This document shows, one piece after another, positions 57,596-64,000 of a DNA stretch of 64,000 nucleotides. The notes below the pieces were generated by a model that saw nothing but the letters and a program-made list of their open reading frames with translations, ran no database searches and was not told the origin of the DNA. The position numbers and the translations under genes were made by a program. Source of the DNA: Entomortierella parvispora E1425. Its lineage: Eukaryota > Fungi > Mortierellomycota. The stretch's first letter is position 1. The number at the start of each line of letters is the position of its first letter. The stretch covers positions 496,001 through 560,000 of the forward strand of contig BQFW01000006.1 in the NCBI GenBank assembly GCA_020891255.1, in the 5' to 3' direction.

Positions 57596-58330
57596 ATGAC
57601 TGCCTCTTCTCTCCTTCACCGCAGCAGCAAGAGCCTGCAGATCTTCCGTTTGATCTTGGTTTCTCTTGGCGCCTTGATGCTTGTCTTGGACATCGTTAGC
57701 ACTGTTGCGCTTGAGGACTCTTGGGCTTACAAGATCCGTGCACTCCCCCCAGGGTCTCATTCTTTAAATCGAACGTCTGCCGATATGGCCTACTACTCTG
57801 TGCAGTTCCTCCCTGACCTCTTCACCATCTCGCTGTACACCCTACTCGTGGTTCTGGCCCGCCGCGGCAACCGTGTCAGAGACTCTCCCTCTACCACCCA
57901 GACGTCAAGAATGTTCTCGCACTGGCCCGCACTCCGTGTATTGTTTACCCTGTTCTTGTCCGGCTTTATGATGTTTTGGCCCTTCAAATCAATCGACTCG
58001 CTCCGGATCTTTATCGCAATGATGAACTCATTCTTGAGCAGTATGCAAGTCGAAGGCGGTGCTAAGAACCCAACTTTCTCGCAGCTGTACTTCTGTCAGC
58101 TTAAACCTACTCCAGCTGACTTGGCTAATGAGCCCAACGAACCCCTCTTGTGGTACTGGAGTGGATGTGTGGTCGCGCGTGCACGCGACATTGTCGCTAT
58201 ATTGACCGCCGTCCTGATTCTGGTGGAGTTAGCCTGGTCTTTGAAGGAGGCTTACCTCAAGGAAAACAAGGCCGTTCACAGAGAGCTCCTTGACGCGGTC
58301 AGCATCGATGAGAACTGTGAGAAGATCTGA
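57596..58330 (+). CDS. 4-TM membrane protein family, copy 2
   Basis: MTASSLLHRSSKSLQIFR..., FLPDLFT, LYFC, WSGC, LILVELAWSL. Confidence 0.85.
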   Translation: MTASSLLHRSSKSLQIFRLILVSLGALMLVLDIVSTVALEDSWAYKIRALPPGSHSLNRTSADMAYYSVQFLPDLFTISLYTLLVVLARRGNRVRDSPSTTQTSRMFSHWPALRVLFTLFLSGFMMFWPFKSIDSLRIFIAMMNSFLSSMQVEGGAKNPTFSQLYFCQLKPTPADLANEPNEPLLWYWSGCVVARARDIVAILTAVLILVELAWSLKEAYLKENKAVHRELLDAVSIDENCEKI

Positions 58331-58753
58331 TCGAGTACAGTGCGCGCACCTTAGCAAAATAAAGAAACTGCTTGCTCACCATCAAAAGTTGTATCCTGAA
58401 TAATATATACGCAGAGTAGTCAATTGAGAATGAGCCTTTTTCCATATGCCGTACCATCCCTGGTTCTTGGATAGGACAGGGCGGCTTTGTCCAAGTTGTC
58501 GAGCAACTGAAAAAAAAAAAAAAAAAAATGAAGCCAGTGCCCCTTTCAGTATGGTTGGAAGATTCCATGAAATCATGAAATCGAGAGTCGACAACCGTGA
58601 CAGCCCCGCGCCCTCGTTCCACAAGGCCTTTTCCCGGGAGAGCCTCGTCAATCATAAAAAGGACAGTTCCTCTACTCCAAAACTCCTTTTTTTTCTTTGT
58701 CCCTCTCTCTCCCCACCCATTCATCCACAGCCACCTAACTACACTTTTACCCC

Positions 58754-59470
58754 ATGGCTACCACATCATTGCTTTGTCGCAGCAACAGACCACTGCAGAT
58801 GTTCCGTCTGGCATTGTTATTGCTAGGAGCCATGATGCTCATCTTTGACGCCATCGGATTTGCCAGCTACAAAGACTTCATCATATTTGTTGGCGAAACC
58901 GACACAGGAATGCAGCAGGATATGGACGATAGCAAAGGGTTCTACGCTCTTCCTTTCTACCCGGATATTCTTACCACGGCCTTTTATACCCTCATTCTGG
59001 CCCTCGTTTACCGTCGTAACCGTGCCCCAAGCTTTTCTTCTGTTGCCGAGGTGCCAGCCTCCTCCTCTCCCTTTCTATCGTTTTCGGCATGGTGTGTCCT
59101 CCGAATCCTGTTTACATTGGTCCTATCCGGACTCATGCTTTATGCACCTTTCAAGGAGATCGGTGATATCCTCCGCGTGGTCCGAATTTTTAAAAAGATT
59201 TCTGAAAGCAGGGGCAAGGGTTTTACCCAGAACTTCGGTACTTGGTACCTTTGTGGCTCCCGACCCTCCTCAGACGATCAAGGATCAGCCGTGTCTGGGA
59301 TGTGGCTCTGGAATGGATGTGTGATCCGGCGCACTCGAAGCATTATTGCCATCGCTGTTGGGTTCCTAATCCTGGTCGAGTTAGCTTGGTCTCTGAAGAA
59401 GGCCCAAGAGAAGAAGAGGAGCGTCAGTCCTCGGACTACGGCCATCGAGAACGAGAACGAAAAGAAGTGA
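58754..59470 (+). CDS. 4-TM membrane protein family, copy 3
   Basis: MATTSLLCRSNRPLQMFR..., FYPDIL, WYLCG, WNGC, GFLILVELAWSL. Confidence 0.85.
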   Translation: MATTSLLCRSNRPLQMFRLALLLLGAMMLIFDAIGFASYKDFIIFVGETDTGMQQDMDDSKGFYALPFYPDILTTAFYTLILALVYRRNRAPSFSSVAEVPASSSPFLSFSAWCVLRILFTLVLSGLMLYAPFKEIGDILRVVRIFKKISESRGKGFTQNFGTWYLCGSRPSSDDQGSAVSGMWLWNGCVIRRTRSIIAIAVGFLILVELAWSLKKAQEKKRSVSPRTTAIENENEKK

Positions 59471-59582
59471 AGGAAAGATATATCAGTCCTTAACCCCTGA
59501 ACAAATAAAGTACAGCACCGTAGTCCAATCTTACATCTCCAAAAGGAGTGACCTGTTGAAAAACAATTGTGTCCAGGATTAG

Positions 59583-59706
59583 TCTGCCCTTCTGACTTTG
59601 GTTAAATAGACCTGGTCGTGGAAAGAGGCCTACCGGAAGAACAACGCTCTCGACCATAGACAGTTCCTTGGTGCCATTGGTATCGATGAGTATCATAAAA
59701 AGCTTA
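59583..59706 (+). pseudogene. Truncated 3' remnant of a 4-TM family paralog (copy-2 type)
   Basis: SALLTLVK*TWSWKEAYRKNNALDHRQFLGAIGIDEYHKKL aligns without gaps to the copy-2 C-terminus TAVLILVELAWSLKEAYLKENKAVHRELLDAVSIDENCEKI. TAG at 59607-59609. Confidence 0.8.
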
Positions 59707-59790
59707 GGAACTCTTCCAGTTAATCTTGTCAACGCCACAAGTGCAGGTCATTGCACGATCTGATCCCTTCACTTCACCCCCAGGATGTCG

Positions 59791-59955
59791 ACTGCCTTCT
59801 TGACTCTGGTTAAACTGACCCTGGTCAAAGAATGAGGTTTGTTCACAAGAACAAGCACTTCCGGTCACATAAAGCACCTTGACGTAGTCAGAGTCGATGA
59901 TGATCATGAAAAAGACTTGAGAAGGATGCGAACTTCAGCAAAATAAAGAAACAAC
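59791..59955 (+). pseudogene. Second truncated, frameshifted 3' remnant of a 4-TM family paralog
   Basis: TAFLTLVKLT[+1]WS...HIKHLDVVRVDDDHEKDL, followed by GCAAAATAAAGAAAC, which also follows copy 2 (about 58355). Confidence 0.7.
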
Positions 59956-60268
59956 TTCGCCTACGATGGACTCTTGAGATAAGTAGTTTTTCAACTGCTC
60001 CTGCCTCGTCTCTTGCAGGCGTCATTCCCGAACGTCAAGACAGATGCTGCAGTCATCCCAAACAAGCACGCGTGCGGTTTTGCAAATGGAACCTCTTTGC
60101 CCGTCTGAACCGGCCGGAAGATTCTATGAACACCGAGAGTCGACCCTCTTCCAGCCTCGGAGCCCGTGTTCCACATTAGCCGCCTGTATGAGGCACCACT
60201 TCCTCTCCTAACTTTCCCTCTTTCGGACCATCACATCATTACTTAGTCGTAGCGACAGGCCTCTGCAG

Positions 60269-60916
60269 ATGTTCCGTCTGGCTCTGCTATTTTTTGGGGC
60301 CATGCTGTTGATCTTTGATGCCATCGGCCTTGCCAGCTATAAAGGCTACTGGTCATTTATGACGGAATTTACGAGAGATGGGGGATACTTTGCTCTTTAT
60401 TTTCTCCCAGATCTTTTTACCATGGTCCTCTATACCCTGATTCTGGTCCAGGTCTACCGTCGCAACCGCGTCACTGCCTTTTCCTCGGCCCATGAGGCAC
60501 CGTCCTCATCCTCCCTTGCGTTCTCGGTTTGGTCTGTCCTGCGCGTCCTATTTACACTGGTTGTGTCTGGTTTCATGCTCTTCATGCCCATCAACGAGAT
60601 CGACTCTATCCTTGCCGTGATCCGGTACAAAAAGATAATTGCCCAAATGAGAGGCATTGACAATCCCCATCCCACAGCGTTCGATACATACTACTTTTGT
60701 GGCCCTCGACCCTCGTTTGAGGAAGCACAGACATCAGATATACCCGTGATGTGGTTCCGGAATGGATGTGTGATCAGACGTGCTCCAAGCATTGTCGCCA
60801 TCTTTGTTGGGTTCCTGATCCTGGTCGAATTGGCCTGGTCTCTGGCGAAGGCTCATCACAAGAACAAGAATGATGTCCGTCCTCAAAATATCGCCAATGA
60901 GGGTGAGAAGTGGTGA
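60269..60916 (+). CDS. 4-TM membrane protein family, copy 4 (ancestral ATG absent; first in-frame Met is internal)
   Basis: MFRLALL..., FLPDLFT, YYFCG, FRNGC, GFLILVELAWSL. The upstream codons TITSLLSRSDRPLQ match the N-terminus of the paralogs. Confidence 0.78.
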   Translation: MFRLALLFFGAMLLIFDAIGLASYKGYWSFMTEFTRDGGYFALYFLPDLFTMVLYTLILVQVYRRNRVTAFSSAHEAPSSSSLAFSVWSVLRVLFTLVVSGFMLFMPINEIDSILAVIRYKKIIAQMRGIDNPHPTAFDTYYFCGPRPSFEEAQTSDIPVMWFRNGCVIRRAPSIVAIFVGFLILVELAWSLAKAHHKNKNDVRPQNIANEGEKW

Positions 60917-61234
60917 GAAAGAGAAAGATGGCAGATTACAAATCCTTGACCATTGACCAAAAAAAGGATCACGGTCCAACTTCCTCCAGACTGCAACTTG
61001 TCTCCATACTAGGGAGTAGCAGAGCCCCGCAAGGGCATGGACCATTGATGACAAAGGGGAGACCCGTCTGTCTGTGATGGCGCACTGCCCGCCTGAGATC
61101 TCCGGGTGCGTGCACAAGGAAAATAGTGCCTTTTTTTTCCTGGTTTTACTGCATCAGCACCGTCTGTCCATCTCTCTCCATCCCTTGTCTCCATCCCTTT
61201 TCTTTCCCCATCTCTTTTCCCTATTCTAATCAAC

Positions 61235-63241
61235 ATGCATGAATCGACAGTCTCGCACCCCTCATCGCCATCATCTGCTGCATTGATTTTTTTCGGCATC
61301 CCAGAGCTGACCGCTCATGTGGCCCTCTACCTGCAGAAGCGCGCGCTCGGGCGTCTACGACTCGTCTCCAAAGCCCTGTACTATGCCTTCCCTATAAAGC
61401 TGGGTCTCACCCTCTCCCCTTCAAAACTGACCGAAGGCAACACTCTGGAGTGGAATCTTATCACTGGACGTCGTCATGCAATCCGATCCTTGACCATGGA
61501 TCTAGACGGCTTTCAGTCCAGCCCGCGACAAAGGCTGTTCCTCGAAAGTCTCTTTCATCACTTTTCGGGATTAGAGTCCAGGACAGGTCTTGAGCGACTT
61601 CAGGTCTCATATTGGGGTGGAGTGGAGAAAGACGAGAGCGCTCGCGTGAACCTTGAACTTCCAGTCCTGGAAAATATCCTGAGTACCCTCTCCACCATCA
61701 AGGAAGTGTCTGTCATTTTCATGGCCTCTGGCGGACTCCCCCGTTGGTTCTTCAAGTTGTTGACAAGGATGTGTGATCCCCATTACGGCCCACAAAACTG
61801 CATTCGCAGCAGTAGCAGCTCTTTGAATCAATTGACGCAGCTCAATTTGGAAGCCAGGGTAACGTCGTCCCAGACGGAACAAGTGGAGTGGTCCGACTTT
61901 TTGTTGACTCTGAAGTCCTTACCCAACCTCAAGGGACTATCCTTCACAAATGTGACTCTGCGACCAACAGCTGATGCGGTACCCATTTTGGCCAAGGATG
62001 CCTGGTGTCCGTTTGTTGGATTGAAATCTCTAAAACTGGCCTACAAGTGGCTCGGGCCTGACCGCCTGCTGGAGTTCCATTTGCTGTTCCCGATGCTTGA
62101 AGAGCTTCAGATAGTGGATTGTCAAGGGGGCTACAGCTCGGTCCTAATCCGAAGCACCAATGAAATCCTTCTGGCGGCACCCTCACCACTGTCGACACCT
62201 GGAGGCTCGGCATTCACGGAAGACTTAGTCACAAGAGAGCCAGTCCTTTTTCCACAGCTCAGGACTCTCCGTATTGCGAGCAAATACCCAGGGAACCATG
62301 GTCGACTTGTTGATCTGGTCAAAGGACGACCTCATTTGAGCGACCTCGAGGCGGACATTCTGCCTTTTACACGGAGCGATGTTTATGAACTGGCGGAACA
62401 ATGCTCGTTGCCAGCAGCTTGTTCCTCCTCATCAAAGGCCCGGAATCGGTTCAAGCGGCTGTTTATTCATACGGATATGGTGACAGAACTCGACGAGTTT
62501 TATAGTGCACCCTGTTTCCAACAACTCGAGTCCGTGTTCATTCAATCCGTAAGTCTCGGCTCTTTTTATCCTTGCCCTGTTGACAAGTATTCTTCCACAT
62601 TCACACACCATCCTTAACACTTTGCCCAATAGCGCCAGCTTTCAATGAGCATGTTTCCGTTTGCCATGACCTTGAAGACTCTACATCTGGGAGGGATAAA
62701 TGAGCTGCTGGGAGTGGATGAGGAGCGCATTTTGAATGACGTGCTGCTTCAATTGACCAATCTTGAGGTGCTTATTCTGGATCGGTATATCAGTAACTAC
62801 AACCCGTTTCAATCCTTTGGCCTGGATCCCAAGACGTCACCCCCATCTCTATCATCATCTTTATCAGTGAGTGGTCATGTTGGCCGGGCACAAAAGCGGC
62901 GCTGCTTGTCCGAGCTCAGCATCTACCTACAATATCCGCGACAAGAACGACTTCATACAGCCTCTGTCTTTGCTCCTATCGCGTCCAAGACTTTCTATGC
63001 AGGAGGGAGCTTTCGGCCACTAAGAGATATCGGCTTAATGGCGTTCAAACGAACGGACAAAAGTCTGGATCTAAATCAACTCGAAGTCCAGATTTTGAAT
63101 AGGTTTCCAGGTCTGGAGCGACTGACGGTGCATCTTCACGCCGAAACGCGGGAGCCGATGGATGCGGATGTGAGGACACTCATGTCGCGACATTCTCATG
63201 TGGAGGTGCACATTGTTAAGAGAGATGGAGACAAGAAATAA
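61235..63241 (+). CDS. F-box-like / RNI-like leucine-rich-repeat protein, 2 exons
   Basis: N-terminal IFFGIPELTAHVALYL...LGRLRLVSK (F-box-like). LRR-like units LPNLKGLSF, LKSLKL, FPMLEELQI, FPQLRTLRI, LKTLHL, LTNLEVLIL and FPGLERLTV. Intron GTAAGT (about 62549) to CAATAG (about 62632). Confidence 0.8.
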
Positions 63242-64000
63242 AAGACTTTGGTGCGCGGCAGATAGAGCATGCTTTCTTTTCTTTTTTTCTTTTTTTTTTT
63301 ATTTTGAAGAAAGAAATAAGGTGGGGTCGGCGTCAACTTGGAGATAGTGCAATACCAAGGACACCCGTGCAGGCCACAGATGGCAAGCCAGGGCTGGGCC
63401 CGCGCAAGTCAAAAATCAAATTAATCGTATTGACCCCCGTAGGGGCCATATTATTCGATTAGAATAATAAGAACAGATACTACACTTGATCTTAGCCAAA
63501 AAGCTAGAGCGGGTAAAGAACAAAAAAGGTCCAGGGAGAGTGCTGCTTTTATACTGCCAAGGGGCAGCTGCCTGTGACTGGCATGCTGGTGCAATTGAGA
63601 GAGCAATGGCAAGAAGCAGTACCCAACAATCTTCTGAATGAAAAGTGCACTGCATGTCCATTGAAGAGGAGTTGCGGCAGACCAATTTCATTTCAGGCCC
63701 AGAAGCACAAAAAAAACCTTGATATTTTTGAAAAAGAGTTGTTGGAGGCAAAGCAAAGTTCAATCCTGAAACTGTACGTGGTGCAATGTATTGTACGTGG
63801 TGCACGAACAGGCCAAAGGTAGCACAGGCAGCGGGAATGAGCAACAAAAGCGGGTCAGGGGGTCTGTCTTGTGTTGGATCAGAGCCAAAACTTCCGCCTG
63901 AATGGGATGCGGGGGGAGGGGGAGGGGGAGAAGGAACCCAACCCAACAACGCGGGGAGCGCGGATCATTTTTTTTTTCTGTCTCTCTCTCTTGCAGCGAA

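Noticed and set aside
59490-59907. Two similar small minus-strand ORFs (MIIIDSD.../MILIDTN...) as a tandem micropeptide pair
   Set aside because: Their similarity is explained by the plus-strand 4-TM pseudogene remnants they overlap.

Overview
Eukaryotic, intron-rich fungal DNA with short GT-AG introns and microexons. The gene families (FAD monooxygenases, 'PEL'-type F-box/LRR, Q/S-rich transcription factors) suggest Mortierellaceae or another Mucoromycota lineage; this is an inference. There is no support for CRISPR, rRNA, tRNA or an intact transposon. The left and central parts carry conserved genes: Byr4-like (partial), acyl-CoA thioesterase, GT49, an SRSF10-like SR protein, CIA1, two FAD monooxygenases, TMEM70-like, ARPC2 and cyclophilin B. 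Three things stand out. (1) A 1451-bp inverted repeat (8098-9548 / 17342-18792), identical wherever I compared it, carries a whole orphan Q-rich gene with its promoter and brackets a 7.8-kb segment holding two transcription-factor genes; it is a candidate invertible (flip-flop) locus. (2) An intronless, bacterial-looking secreted GH105 hydrolase at 30835-32025. (3) An accessory region (about 46-63 kb) containing a secreted CC-x5-CC prepropeptide, a secreted beta/gamma-crystallin-fold protein, an all-beta orphan, a four-member 4-TM membrane family with two pseudogene remnants, and an F-box/LRR gene. Most ORFs in the supplied track are antisense or low-complexity artefacts. Exon structures were worked out by hand.
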